From positions 1-64,000 of IMG/VR virus record IMGVR_UViG_3300047558_000137: a DNA stretch of 64,000 nt; one strand, 5' to 3'. Below the pieces are notes generated by a model. That model saw nothing but the letters and a program-made list of their open reading frames with translations. It was not told the DNA's origin and did not search any database. How positions within the stretch are numbered: position 1 is the stretch's first letter; every line of letters begins with the position of its first letter. A program made the translations under genes and the position numbers. Below are positions 29,628 to 39,155 of this stretch, in pieces.

Positions 29628-31322
29628 ATGCAATTAAATCGCGGAATTTATGTTAGACATCCTGGTACACGCGAGGAAGCATGGACTGCAATTACTGTTA
29701 CAGCAGTTGGCGGAGCCGGGGGCACCGGCGGAAATGATTCCCGAGCTGGGCACATAGGATACTCGGGTCGTATTGTATCTGGAACAATTGAGGTTCCGTT
29801 AACTACTTCATATGAAATTTTTATTGGCGGCGGCGGCGAACCTGGTGTTAGTGGCCGAGGTAGAGCCGCTGGCGGCCAAGGTGGAACTAGTTCAGCTGGA
29901 ATGCCTGGCGGCGCAGGGGGCAGCGCAGGACCATATGGATCATCAGGTGGTGGTGGCGGTGGCGGTGGTGCAACTGTTATTAAGCTAAATGGTCAGTATT
30001 GGATTGTAGCCGGCGGCGGCGCAGGTGGCGGCGGCGGCGGACAATATGGCACCGGTAAAGATACTGTAGGATTCAGGGCAAGTAATACGTTATATGGCGG
30101 CAACGGCGATTCACACGCCGGAGATGGCGGTGGCGGCGGCGGCGGTGGCGGTGGCTACGTTAGTGGCGGCCTCGGCGGATCTGTGTATGAAGATGATGGC
30201 ACCGCCTTGGGAGATGTCGGTGGATATTCAGGGTCGTGGGGCGATTCATTATACCCATATGGATTCTATGACAATGCTGATGGTACAAATGCCCCAAGCT
30301 CACGCGGATTTGTTACTGTCAATTATTCGTCGAACACCGGTGCTCCTTATTTTTCTGGCGGCATTATATCTTATGGGCCCACGCAAAATGGACAAACTCC
30401 TATAACCCATACATTTAATTCTGATGGTAAACTCATTGGTTTAGGTTCAACTAACAAAACTTCTGTGGCATGGCAACAATTGTTAAACCCATACTATAAA
30501 CAAGGGGACGATTGGAAACCTATCAGGGCAGTACATACAAAAAGAAATGGCGAATGGAAGAAAGTTTGGCCATCAAACGGCAAAGTAGAATACACTATAC
30601 CTGGCGCACACGAATTTACTGTACCGCCAGGAATATACAGTCTTACTATCGTAGCTGCCGGCGGTGGTGGCGGAGGTGGCGGTGGTGTTAGTTCGACTGC
30701 CGGCGGTGGTGGTGGGGCAGGAGAATACACTACTCAAACAGTAAGTGTTACTCCTGGTCAAAAGTTGGCAGTATTTGTTGGCGCAGGTGGCGATGGTGGC
30801 CAGGGGCTTGATGAACAGTATGGATCAGCATCTACTGGTGCCAATGGACGAGGAACTACAGTAACAGGCACTGGTGTGTCTATTAGTGTGGCAGGTGGAA
30901 CTGGTGGCACCGGCGGCGTTGCAACAGCACCACCTTCAGGCGGTGGTGGCGGATGTTGTGTTATATCTACTGCACTCGCTGATCGAGGAGTATGGTCTCA
31001 GAGAGATAAATTTGATCTTATTGCTTGGTGTGAAAAATATCTACACGGCACTTGGTGGGGCGAAACATTCAGAAGAGGATATCAAGTACTTGGATCTAAA
31101 GTTGTTATTCCTACATTATTAAAGAAGGATGGATCTTTACTGGCCAACTACGCAAACTGGGCATTTACTAATGGATGTAATCTAGTTCGCGGTAAGAAAT
31201 TTAGCCTATGGTCGCTACCAAGCAGTGTATTATGGATTGCTGCATTTATGGCGGTGGGCACAGTAGTATCTACTAAGTATGCAACTAAGTGCTGGAAAGC
31301 ATTGTATAAGGATCGAGAATAA
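29628..31322 (+). CDS. Glycine-rich tail fibre/tip protein with a C-terminal CFI-box-CTERM-like domain
   Basis: Two glycine-rich modules (FTVPPGIYSLTIVAAGGGGGG), then CCVISTA...GETFRRGY and a hydrophobic tail. Confidence 0.65.
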   Translation: MQLNRGIYVRHPGTREEAWTAITVTAVGGAGGTGGNDSRAGHIGYSGRIVSGTIEVPLTTSYEIFIGGGGEPGVSGRGRAAGGQGGTSSAGMPGGAGGSAGPYGSSGGGGGGGGATVIKLNGQYWIVAGGGAGGGGGGQYGTGKDTVGFRASNTLYGGNGDSHAGDGGGGGGGGGGYVSGGLGGSVYEDDGTALGDVGGYSGSWGDSLYPYGFYDNADGTNAPSSRGFVTVNYSSNTGAPYFSGGIISYGPTQNGQTPITHTFNSDGKLIGLGSTNKTSVAWQQLLNPYYKQGDDWKPIRAVHTKRNGEWKKVWPSNGKVEYTIPGAHEFTVPPGIYSLTIVAAGGGGGGGGGVSSTAGGGGGAGEYTTQTVSVTPGQKLAVFVGAGGDGGQGLDEQYGSASTGANGRGTTVTGTGVSISVAGGTGGTGGVATAPPSGGGGGCCVISTALADRGVWSQRDKFDLIAWCEKYLHGTWWGETFRRGYQVLGSKVVIPTLLKKDGSLLANYANWAFTNGCNLVRGKKFSLWSLPSSVLWIAAFMAVGTVVSTKYATKCWKALYKDRE

Positions 31323-31735
31323 TGGGAATTACTGTTGAAGAATATTTAAAAGATAGGCAAGCCTGTTCAGTATGTGAAGATGAAGGCAATGTAGAACACT
31401 GTGTGACTCATATGTTGAGTCGCCCAGATAACTGCATGATGTACAATTCTATTAATTACAATGGCAATCCTAAAGATGATGCAGATGTATTACTATTACA
31501 AAATTTACGTGCAACACCCGGCGGCGAGCGCAAAGTATTAGAATACTATCTAAGAGCAGAACCAATTGTTAAAAAAATTAAAGGCGTACATGGCGAGGAT
31601 CCTGTAATTTGGGCTATGTATTATCGTAAGTATGTATCAGGAATTATAGAATCATTGCGCGGCGGTAACAGCCAATTGGCAATGGATCAAGTATTTCTCA
31701 TGTTAGATGATCTAGAAACTAAGGAAACAGTATGA
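31322..31735 (+). CDS. Stand-alone CFI-box-CTERM-like protein
   Basis: LLLQNLRATPGGERKVLEYYLRAEPIVKKI resembles the LRxFRD...GxxxVxEYYxxAPxIV pattern. Confidence 0.5.
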   Translation: MGITVEEYLKDRQACSVCEDEGNVEHCVTHMLSRPDNCMMYNSINYNGNPKDDADVLLLQNLRATPGGERKVLEYYLRAEPIVKKIKGVHGEDPVIWAMYYRKYVSGIIESLRGGNSQLAMDQVFLMLDDLETKETV

Positions 31736-32316
31736 GTGACGGAGCAGGGACAGCACTTGGCGCAGGAGGCGGGCCGGGATTTGATTCTCCTAGCCCGGCC
31801 GGTGGGGGCGGGGGTGGCGCAGCACCCGCCGCGTTAAACCCTAGTACATATATTTTTGACGCAAAAACATACGGCGACCCAGTAAATATTCAGTGGATGG
31901 ATACTGGGGCAAGTGTGGTCCCAGGAATGACTGATCCTACTTTTTCTAGTTGGCTAAATGACCGCGGAATATGGATACGACGACCTGATGGAATTCCGTT
32001 AGATAGTGTTATGTTGCAATATACCGTTAATGTCCCACATAGCGGATGGTATTCTTTTATATTCGGTGCTTATGGGTGGGGTACCGTTTATATAAATGGA
32101 CGAGATTTTTACCGTGTATATAACGGTGAAGCATGGATCAGAGATGCGTACCTACAATACGGGCCTAACACAATATATTTGCAAGCTGGAAATCAAGGCT
32201 ATGTAAGTGCCCAAACTCCCTGGACCGGTGGTGCAGTGGCATGCCAAATTGGTTATCAAGCTGGCGAAGATGGTGGCCGCGGGGGCAACGGTTATGTTAG
32301 TATCCAGTGGGACTGA
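31732..32316 (+). CDS. Glycine-rich/beta-sandwich tail-associated protein
   Basis: Starts glycine-rich and ends GGRGGNGYVSIQWD, the usual terminus of phage glycine-rich fibre modules. Confidence 0.6.
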   Translation: MSDGAGTALGAGGGPGFDSPSPAGGGGGGAAPAALNPSTYIFDAKTYGDPVNIQWMDTGASVVPGMTDPTFSSWLNDRGIWIRRPDGIPLDSVMLQYTVNVPHSGWYSFIFGAYGWGTVYINGRDFYRVYNGEAWIRDAYLQYGPNTIYLQAGNQGYVSAQTPWTGGAVACQIGYQAGEDGGRGGNGYVSIQWD

Positions 32317-32368
32317 TAAATTAATTAGATTTTTGATAAGTATACTATAAAGAAAAGAATAACGTATT

Positions 32369-34312
32369 ATGCCATATACTATCACAAAAAGTGACGGAAC
32401 TCAACTAGCTGTTATTGCAGACGGTGCAGTTGACACCACCACCAGTTTAGAATTGCCAGGTCCTAATTATGTAGGATATGGGCAAAAACTCAATGAAAAT
32501 TTAGTATACCTCTTAGAAAATTTCTGTGCAAACACAGCACCAGCTGGTGTAAACTTGCAAGGTCAACTATGGTTTGATCAATTCAATCAAAAGTTAAACG
32601 TGTTTACGCAGCAGGGGTATGCTCCAGTTTCGGGCATTGTTAACTCTAGTACCCAGCCTTTAGTGGCACATGATGGTGATATATGGTATAATCAGGTTAC
32701 TGAACAGGCCTACATTTATGATGTGGGTGCATGGAAATTAATAGGCCCATTATATACAAAAGCAATGGGACTAAGTGGTGCTATCCCCGATACTGTTACA
32801 GCTTCGGGTACCGGACAGCCACATAATATTATTAAATTACAAAACGGTAATAGAATAGTTGCTATAGTTAGTTTTGACGCATCTTTTGTTCCAGCTACTA
32901 CAATAGATGGATTTCCAAGAATATATCCGGGCATAACATTTAACAGTGAAATTAATGCAACAATTAACTCTAACTTAACTGGTGCAGTTACTGGTAGTTT
33001 AGTTGGTACAATGACTGGGTCAATGTACGGAACATTAAGCGGAACTGTAACTGGCAATGTAACTGGTAATGTAACTGGTGATGTTACTGGAGACCTAACT
33101 GGTGATGTAACAGGAAACATCGTAGGAAGCGTTGGTACTTTAAGTACACTTCATTCAACTAATATAAATGTAACAGGTGGTTATGCAACAGGGCTGTCAG
33201 ACATTACATCTTCAACTGCATTAATCACTTCAGGTAATGTCTTAACACTAACATCTAATCTAATTATTGCAGCAAATGCCCAGATATCATTGGGTAATGT
33301 AACAGGACTAACAAATTTAACTAGTACAAACGGTAATATTACAAATTTAAGCACCGGCAACCTGACAGTTACTAGTGGCACCATTACCGGATTAACTAAC
33401 TTTTCTGCGACTACCGGGCAATTAACAAATTTTAGTACAGCCAATGCACAGATTAGTGGCGGCAACGTTACCGGCATTGGATCCTTAAGCGTAACTACAG
33501 GTGTAATTAATAATTTTAGCACTGCTAATGCACAAATTACTAATGGATCAATCACTGGTATAACCACTCTAACTGCCACAACTGGTAACGTAATAAACTT
33601 AACAACAGGTAATGCATTAATCACCGGCGGCGGAATTTACAACGTTGTTGGGGCAAATGCAACAATCACTGGGGCAAACTTAATAAACTCTGTTGCAACA
33701 ACTGCCAACGCATCTACTAGTAATACAGCCATTGCTACTACAGCATTTGTACATGCAGTAGTGCCACGTGGTGTTATTTGGATGTGGAACAGTTCTGCTG
33801 CAACTATCCCTTACGGGTTTCAACTTTGCGATGGTACCAACGGAACGCCAGATCTACGTGATAGATTTATTGTAGGTGCAGGAACAACATATACTGTAGG
33901 AAATACAGGCGGTGTAAACAGCGTAACATTAACATTAGATACTATGCCAACGCATAGTCATTATGGCAATACTTTAACAGCCTCTACTGCATCAGGTGGT
34001 GATCATACACACACTGCATCTAGCACTGTAGTTGACCCCGGTCACCGTCATAGTTACACTCCTCCGCCATCTGCACCAACGGGAGGATACACGGTCCCTG
34101 GATACCCTATAGAAGGGTATGCTGGCGCAGGCGCTGGTACAACAACAGGTGTGGCAGTAACAGGTGTAACAGTTTCGACAACTATTACAGCAAACGCAGG
34201 GCATACGCACACAACAACAATATCAGGTAACACAGCGGTACACGGCAGCGGCCAACCGCACGAAAACCGTCCGCCTTACTATGCATTGTGCTACATACAA
34301 AAAGTCATTTAA
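32369..34312 (+). CDS. Tail fibre with tail-collar domain
   Basis: PRGVIWMW...GFQLCDGTNGTPDLRDRFIVGAG collar; HENRPPYYALCYIQK terminus. Confidence 0.85.
   Translation: MPYTITKSDGTQLAVIADGAVDTTTSLELPGPNYVGYGQKLNENLVYLLENFCANTAPAGVNLQGQLWFDQFNQKLNVFTQQGYAPVSGIVNSSTQPLVAHDGDIWYNQVTEQAYIYDVGAWKLIGPLYTKAMGLSGAIPDTVTASGTGQPHNIIKLQNGNRIVAIVSFDASFVPATTIDGFPRIYPGITFNSEINATINSNLTGAVTGSLVGTMTGSMYGTLSGTVTGNVTGNVTGDVTGDLTGDVTGNIVGSVGTLSTLHSTNINVTGGYATGLSDITSSTALITSGNVLTLTSNLIIAANAQISLGNVTGLTNLTSTNGNITNLSTGNLTVTSGTITGLTNFSATTGQLTNFSTANAQISGGNVTGIGSLSVTTGVINNFSTANAQITNGSITGITTLTATTGNVINLTTGNALITGGGIYNVVGANATITGANLINSVATTANASTSNTAIATTAFVHAVVPRGVIWMWNSSAATIPYGFQLCDGTNGTPDLRDRFIVGAGTTYTVGNTGGVNSVTLTLDTMPTHSHYGNTLTASTASGGDHTHTASSTVVDPGHRHSYTPPPSAPTGGYTVPGYPIEGYAGAGAGTTTGVAVTGVTVSTTITANAGHTHTTTISGNTAVHGSGQPHENRPPYYALCYIQKVI
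32975..33640 (+). repeat. Coding tandem repeats: 12-bp TG(N/D/A/S)V units, then about 20-aa T/N/G beta-helix repeats
   Basis: gtaactggcaat gtaactggtaat gtaactggtgat...; repeated NFSTANAQI(S/T)GG-type units. Confidence 0.8.
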
Positions 34313-34349
34313 TAAGCCCATAAATATACTAAAGATCAAAGGATAAAAC

Positions 34350-35861
34350 GTGTCGTATACAATTAATTTAACTAACGGAACTAACTTAATCCCGGGGGGA
34401 TTGTCCGAAGGTACCTACGACAATTCGCACACTAGCTTAGTATTAATTGGTAAGAATTATGCAGGATACGGCGAATTTCTAAACACAAACTTTGTTCACT
34501 TATTAGAAAATTTCGCTAGCACAAGTAGCCCTGCTAACCCATTAAAAGGACAACTTTGGTGGGATACTAGAAACAATATTCTTAAAGTTTACTCGGGACA
34601 AAGTTGGAAGATTAGTACAGGTGCTACAAGTAGCCCTGCTAACAGCCCACCGGGTGACCTAAGTACACTAGGTGGTGACTTATGGTTTGATACAACTAAC
34701 GCACAGTTAAAAGTTTATTCTGGTACACAGTGGGTTGTTGTTGGACCAGCTGCTACCGCAGCAACTGGTGATACTGGTGCATTTCCATTGTTAATGCCGG
34801 ACACACTAGGCGGTAGTCACTTGGTAATTCAATTGCGTTTTAGTGGTGTAGTGTATGCATTATTCTCAAAAGATACATTTACACAGAACGTTATTGATGG
34901 ATTTGCTACAGTTAAAGCAGGTCTAAACTTTAGTACCATTGCAAGCCCGACATGGGGTATTAGTACACAAGACGTACTTGCGACACGTGATACTCTGGTA
35001 ATAAGAGATGGCGCAGGTGGCGCCGCGGTAACAACTTTGACTGCCGGTGCAGTTAATTCAGGATCAGTTACTGCAACTACAATAACAGGTAACTTAGTTA
35101 TTCCTAGTACAGCCACATTTACTGCCAACGGTTATTCCACATATAACGGGTATGAAATTGCTACAATTGGCGGTGGCGCAACGTTCTCTAGTATTAACAA
35201 TACTGTAATTGGTAACGCCAGCCCAGCAGCCGGCCAATTTACTTCACTTGTTGTAACAGGTACAGCAGGAGTATCGCTAAGTTCTGGTGGGGTAAAACCT
35301 AGCGCAAACATCACAGGTAATGTTGGTTCATCAACTAACTATTTTAATAATACCTACTCTAATAATGTTGTTGTACTAAATGGTATTGTTCCAACTGCTA
35401 ACATGGCAGCAAATATTGGTAGCAGTACAACTTGGTTTAACACATTTTTTGGTAAATCTGTGCAGGCACAGTATGCTGACTTGGCAGAACGATTTGAAGC
35501 AGATGCTAGTTATGAGCCCGGGACTGTCGTAGAAATTGGTGGCCCAGCAGAAGTTACAGCAGTTGGACAGGATTTAAGTGAAAATGTATTTGGAGTCATA
35601 AGTACAAATGCAGCTTATCTAATGAACTCTGGCGCTGGATCAGATGAAACGCATCCCCCGATTGCAGTACAAGGCCGAGTTCCTGTTAAAGTAACAGGAA
35701 AAATCCGTAAAGGTGATCGTTTGGTAAGTGCAGGAAATGGTATTGCTAGAGCAGGTACCAAAGCAGAAATTAATACGTGGAACGTCATTGGACGGGCACT
35801 AGAAAATAAAACAACCGACGGTGTAGGTACAATTGAAGCCGTGGTTAAATTGAATTCGTAA
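34350..35861 (+). CDS. Tail fibre with C-terminal intramolecular chaperone/autoproteolytic (peptidase G2-like) domain
   Basis: YADLAERF..D..YEPGTVV, GVISTNAAYLMN, GRVPVKVTG.IRKGDRLVS. Confidence 0.8.
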   Translation: MSYTINLTNGTNLIPGGLSEGTYDNSHTSLVLIGKNYAGYGEFLNTNFVHLLENFASTSSPANPLKGQLWWDTRNNILKVYSGQSWKISTGATSSPANSPPGDLSTLGGDLWFDTTNAQLKVYSGTQWVVVGPAATAATGDTGAFPLLMPDTLGGSHLVIQLRFSGVVYALFSKDTFTQNVIDGFATVKAGLNFSTIASPTWGISTQDVLATRDTLVIRDGAGGAAVTTLTAGAVNSGSVTATTITGNLVIPSTATFTANGYSTYNGYEIATIGGGATFSSINNTVIGNASPAAGQFTSLVVTGTAGVSLSSGGVKPSANITGNVGSSTNYFNNTYSNNVVVLNGIVPTANMAANIGSSTTWFNTFFGKSVQAQYADLAERFEADASYEPGTVVEIGGPAEVTAVGQDLSENVFGVISTNAAYLMNSGAGSDETHPPIAVQGRVPVKVTGKIRKGDRLVSAGNGIARAGTKAEINTWNVIGRALENKTTDGVGTIEAVVKLNS

Positions 35862-35873
35862 GGATAAAGTAGA

Positions 35874-36869
35874 ATGGCATATTCACAAGGTGGATTAATT
35901 ACAGCAGGCGACTACAACACATTAGTTGGTACTAGTCCCAGCAGCACAGTCAACACAATTAATACCGTTTGGGCAGTAGGTAGCGGTAGTGCTGGATATG
36001 GCCAAACAGCTATTTCCCAAGTTTCGACAGCTGGCACTATTACAGCCACACAATGGGCAACATTAATTAACAATTTAAACAGCATATTAACACACCAAAG
36101 TGGCTCAGGTTCTGGTATCAGTGCAGTTACCGCAGGTTCTACAATTAACTACTTGTCTACACTAACAACAAACATTACTACAGCCTATACTAACCGTTTG
36201 AACTTTGCATCAAACTCGGCAGTCACAGTTGGAACGAACCAAGCTACTGCATGGTCGGCTACTATTAGTAATGCAGGTAGTAACCCACCTGTTGGTGCAA
36301 CAAGCCCAACATCATTGTCTAGAGCGTTTGGTATTCGTGCTGCATTTTCTAGTGCTGATCAAGCACGTTATTTCTTTAACGCAGGCGGCCGATTGAAACT
36401 AAATTGCTCAGGTTCACAGAACGCCAGTACAACTGCACGTACAAATGAAATTATTGCCATGTTAGGCTTCTTAGGCGGAGTAGCAACCTTCGGCGCCAAC
36501 ACAAACGGTGGCCGTACAGGTACATTAGGTACACTAGGTACAAACGATACTACAAAAGGTTATTATACAAGTACATACAATGCCAACGTAACATTGGTTA
36601 GTGTAACAAGTACAACAACAAACTATACTGCTGATACTTGTAACATTACTGTAAACACAAATGGTACACAAGGCTCAAACAACGATCGTGGTCTAAACGT
36701 TGACTTCTGGATTAACTTAACAACTAATTCGGGCACAGACGGCACAGGTGGTGCATTTGGTTTTGATGACTCATTCGGTGTAAACGTTAACCTCTCGATC
36801 GACATTAGCTATCCAGAAACTACTAACCTTAGCAACAGCTGGGGCTCAGTAACTATTACAGCTCTGTAA
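35874..36869 (+). CDS. Virion structural protein
   Basis: S/T/G/N-rich, GYGQT and RYFFNAGG motifs; last gene of the tail module. Confidence 0.6.
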   Translation: MAYSQGGLITAGDYNTLVGTSPSSTVNTINTVWAVGSGSAGYGQTAISQVSTAGTITATQWATLINNLNSILTHQSGSGSGISAVTAGSTINYLSTLTTNITTAYTNRLNFASNSAVTVGTNQATAWSATISNAGSNPPVGATSPTSLSRAFGIRAAFSSADQARYFFNAGGRLKLNCSGSQNASTTARTNEIIAMLGFLGGVATFGANTNGGRTGTLGTLGTNDTTKGYYTSTYNANVTLVSVTSTTTNYTADTCNITVNTNGTQGSNNDRGLNVDFWINLTTNSGTDGTGGAFGFDDSFGVNVNLSIDISYPETTNLSNSWGSVTITAL

Positions 36870-36880
36870 TCCCAATCCAA

Positions 36881-36917
36881 TTGACTTCTACTGTAGCCTG
36901 TTTTATAATAGGCTACA
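36881..36917 (+). promoter_or_regulatory. Sigma70 promoter with an inverted repeat around the -10 box
   Basis: TTGACT(36881)-N17-TATAAT(36904); TGTAGCCT (36892-36899) and AGGCTACA (36910-36917) are perfect inverted arms. Confidence 0.75.
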
Positions 36918-36932
36918 TTTCTCTATATATCA

Positions 36933-37250
36933 ATGAGCGAAGAAATAACAGACCTAATTAAGCAGGTTCGTTTGTCTACAGATTTTCAAGTTAACAAACG
37001 AATACTAAAAGAAAAAATTCAAACAGACCTACACTTTGCACACAGTGGTGGCATGTTTAAGATTACGCCCGAACTATTGGCGTTTGTTCAATCGTGGCCG
37101 ATAGATGAACTGTATCTTGAAGATGTATACGAAAATCCTGTTGCTGTAGACAAGCAGGTATTTCTAATTATGGCACAACAGCACTATCATAGAGTAATGA
37201 ACGATTGGCATACACAATATGAAGAGCTTAGAAAAATCCGTAAAGTCTAA
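36933..37250 (+). CDS. Hypothetical protein
   Basis: 105-aa ORF directly downstream of the promoter. Confidence 0.7.
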   Translation: MSEEITDLIKQVRLSTDFQVNKRILKEKIQTDLHFAHSGGMFKITPELLAFVQSWPIDELYLEDVYENPVAVDKQVFLIMAQQHYHRVMNDWHTQYEELRKIRKV

Positions 37251-37998
37251 AGGTATTGTCGCGTTTGCCTATAATACAGAGCAGACTGATTATCAAGCTA
37301 TTGCAGAACAAACATTGGCGCAGGCTAGCCGAGTGTTAGGAATACCTTATACAGTTATATCAGACGACTATCTGGCAGAGTTCCGTAACACTCGTTACAG
37401 TATAGATACTGACGAATTTGTTGAGTGGCGTAACGTGGGTCGCAATGCAGCCTATGAACTTAGCCCGTATGACGAAACATTAGTAATTGATGTTGACTAT
37501 GTTGTGCTAGAGCCCAGTCTACTAGAAATCTTCAAACAAGATTGGGATTATATTCTGTTGCGTAACAGTCACGCACTTACGCAAGAGTATCCTCGATCGA
37601 TGGGCAACAACAGTTTGCCGTTTGTCTGGGCCACAGTATTTGCCTTTCGCAAAACAGCACGAGCAAAACAATTCTTTGATCTAGTATCACGTATACAACA
37701 CAATTATGAATACTACAAGGCCTTGTTTAATGTACACGGTGGTTCTTATAGAAATGATTATGCCTTTGCCATGGCAGACATTATCTTAAACGGATACACT
37801 GTTTCTAATACAGGTATTCCTGGCAGCATGTTAACTGTGGACCAACCCGTTAACACAATTGAGGTGCAGGAAAATAGATTAGTAATCAAAGATGACACAA
37901 GAGCATACGTTGTACCACGTACAAATTTGCATATTATGAGCAAACGTTATTTACAAAGTGACAATTTTCGAGAGTTTATAAAAAATGTCTCAGCATAA
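37219..37998 (+). CDS. Glycosyltransferase-like protein (GT-A fold)
   Basis: YELSPYDETLVIDVDY (DxD motif). Confidence 0.6.
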   Translation: MKSLEKSVKSKGIVAFAYNTEQTDYQAIAEQTLAQASRVLGIPYTVISDDYLAEFRNTRYSIDTDEFVEWRNVGRNAAYELSPYDETLVIDVDYVVLEPSLLEIFKQDWDYILLRNSHALTQEYPRSMGNNSLPFVWATVFAFRKTARAKQFFDLVSRIQHNYEYYKALFNVHGGSYRNDYAFAMADIILNGYTVSNTGIPGSMLTVDQPVNTIEVQENRLVIKDDTRAYVVPRTNLHIMSKRYLQSDNFREFIKNVSA

Positions 37999-38812
37999 AG
38001 AACAACAAGGATATCTAACGTTTGCCAAGAATACAGATGTAGATTATCTACACCTTGCCTATGTACAGGCATTAAATGTCAAAGCCACGCAAAAGATAAA
38101 TCGTTATGCTGTTGTGGTTGACACAGCGACTAACGAATTGATCACAGATGAACATCGTAAGGCGTTTGACTATGTTATTGTTTATGATAGTCTAGGTCCA
38201 TATGATGCAGAAGCAATGGCCTTTTGGTTAACACCTTTCAAAGAAACTGTTAAGTTAGAAAGCGACTTACTGTTTACACGTAGTATTGACCATTGGTGGG
38301 ATACATTCAGACTACGTGATATAGTATTAAGCACTGGCTGCAGAAACTACGAGCAGCAATTAAGTACGGTTAAAAAGTATAGACAGGTTATACAAGATAA
38401 TAACTTACCTGATGTCTACAATGGTCTAATGTATTTTAGATTTAGTATGCCAGCTAGAAATTTCTTTTTAACAGCAAGACAAATATTTGAACAATGGGCA
38501 AATGTAAAAAGAGAATTAGTCTTATGCAACGAAGAACCTAGCACTGATTTGGTATATGCCATTGCCGCAGATGTAGTAGGCAGAGAAACCTGTACATTGC
38601 CCAGCGCAGACTTTGTTAATTTTGTACACATGAAACCTGCAATAAATGGCTTCCCTGACGGTGTAGATTTTACAGATGTTTATACTACAGTGTTTGATCA
38701 AGGCATGATACGCATTAACAACGTAAATCAATATCATCCCATACACTATTATGTTAAAGACTTTGTCACAGATGAAATGATTGAATACTATGCTAGATCC
38801 AGAAATACTTAA
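37985..38812 (+). CDS. Glycosyltransferase-like protein (GT8-like)
   Basis: TPFKETVKLESD, YNGLMYF, FVHMKP, HYYVK. Confidence 0.55.
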   Translation: MSQHKEQQGYLTFAKNTDVDYLHLAYVQALNVKATQKINRYAVVVDTATNELITDEHRKAFDYVIVYDSLGPYDAEAMAFWLTPFKETVKLESDLLFTRSIDHWWDTFRLRDIVLSTGCRNYEQQLSTVKKYRQVIQDNNLPDVYNGLMYFRFSMPARNFFLTARQIFEQWANVKRELVLCNEEPSTDLVYAIAADVVGRETCTLPSADFVNFVHMKPAINGFPDGVDFTDVYTTVFDQGMIRINNVNQYHPIHYYVKDFVTDEMIEYYARSRNT

Positions 38813-39155
38813 AGCACTCGAAATGGTTGCCGAATATGATAGGCAACGCCCTGTAATTGTTAAAGAGTACCGGTTGTACTATAGAGCAGATGGTAGTATA
38901 ATAGGCCTGTGGGAATCTGATTTCCCAGATGGTGAGTACGTGGTGCTGGAAGATTTAGAATTCTTTAACACTCATAACACACAGCTAATGCGTGTAGTTA
39001 AAGGTCAGTTAACTTTGCTAGACCCAAATGCACCGTTTCGTGCCAGACTAAGACGATCTACAACAGGGCAACCAGTTGTAAAAGGGCATCCTGCTGTTGC
39101 ATTACGTGCAGGAGAAGAATATCCGGAAATAGAATACTATGACAGAAATAGTTGA
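38790..39155 (+). CDS. Hypothetical protein
   Basis: ORF coupled to both neighbours; ATG at 38790 preferred. Confidence 0.65.
   Translation: MLDPEILKALEMVAEYDRQRPVIVKEYRLYYRADGSIIGLWESDFPDGEYVVLEDLEFFNTHNTQLMRVVKGQLTLLDPNAPFRARLRRSTTGQPVVKGHPAVALRAGEEYPEIEYYDRNS

Noticed and set aside
30094-31122. +1 ORFs 30094-30405 and 30874-31122 (also 36205-36396)
   Set aside because: Largely over Gly/Ala/Thr-rich sequence that lacks stop-forming codons; no well-spaced Shine-Dalgarno.
30954-31322. Possible intein/Hint domain starting at CCVIST
   Set aside because: No Hint block B or terminal HN motif; better matches a CFI-box-like helical domain.
32716-33624. Antisense ORFs (134 and 147 aa) opposite the fibre repeats, also 11393-11794 and 30494-30761
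   Set aside because: Produced by low-complexity Thr/Gly/Val/Asn or Gly repeats on the sense strand.
28014-36869. Diversity-generating retroelement or invertible tail-fibre cassette
   Set aside because: No reverse transcriptase, invertase or near-identical template/variable repeat pair seen by eye in this window.
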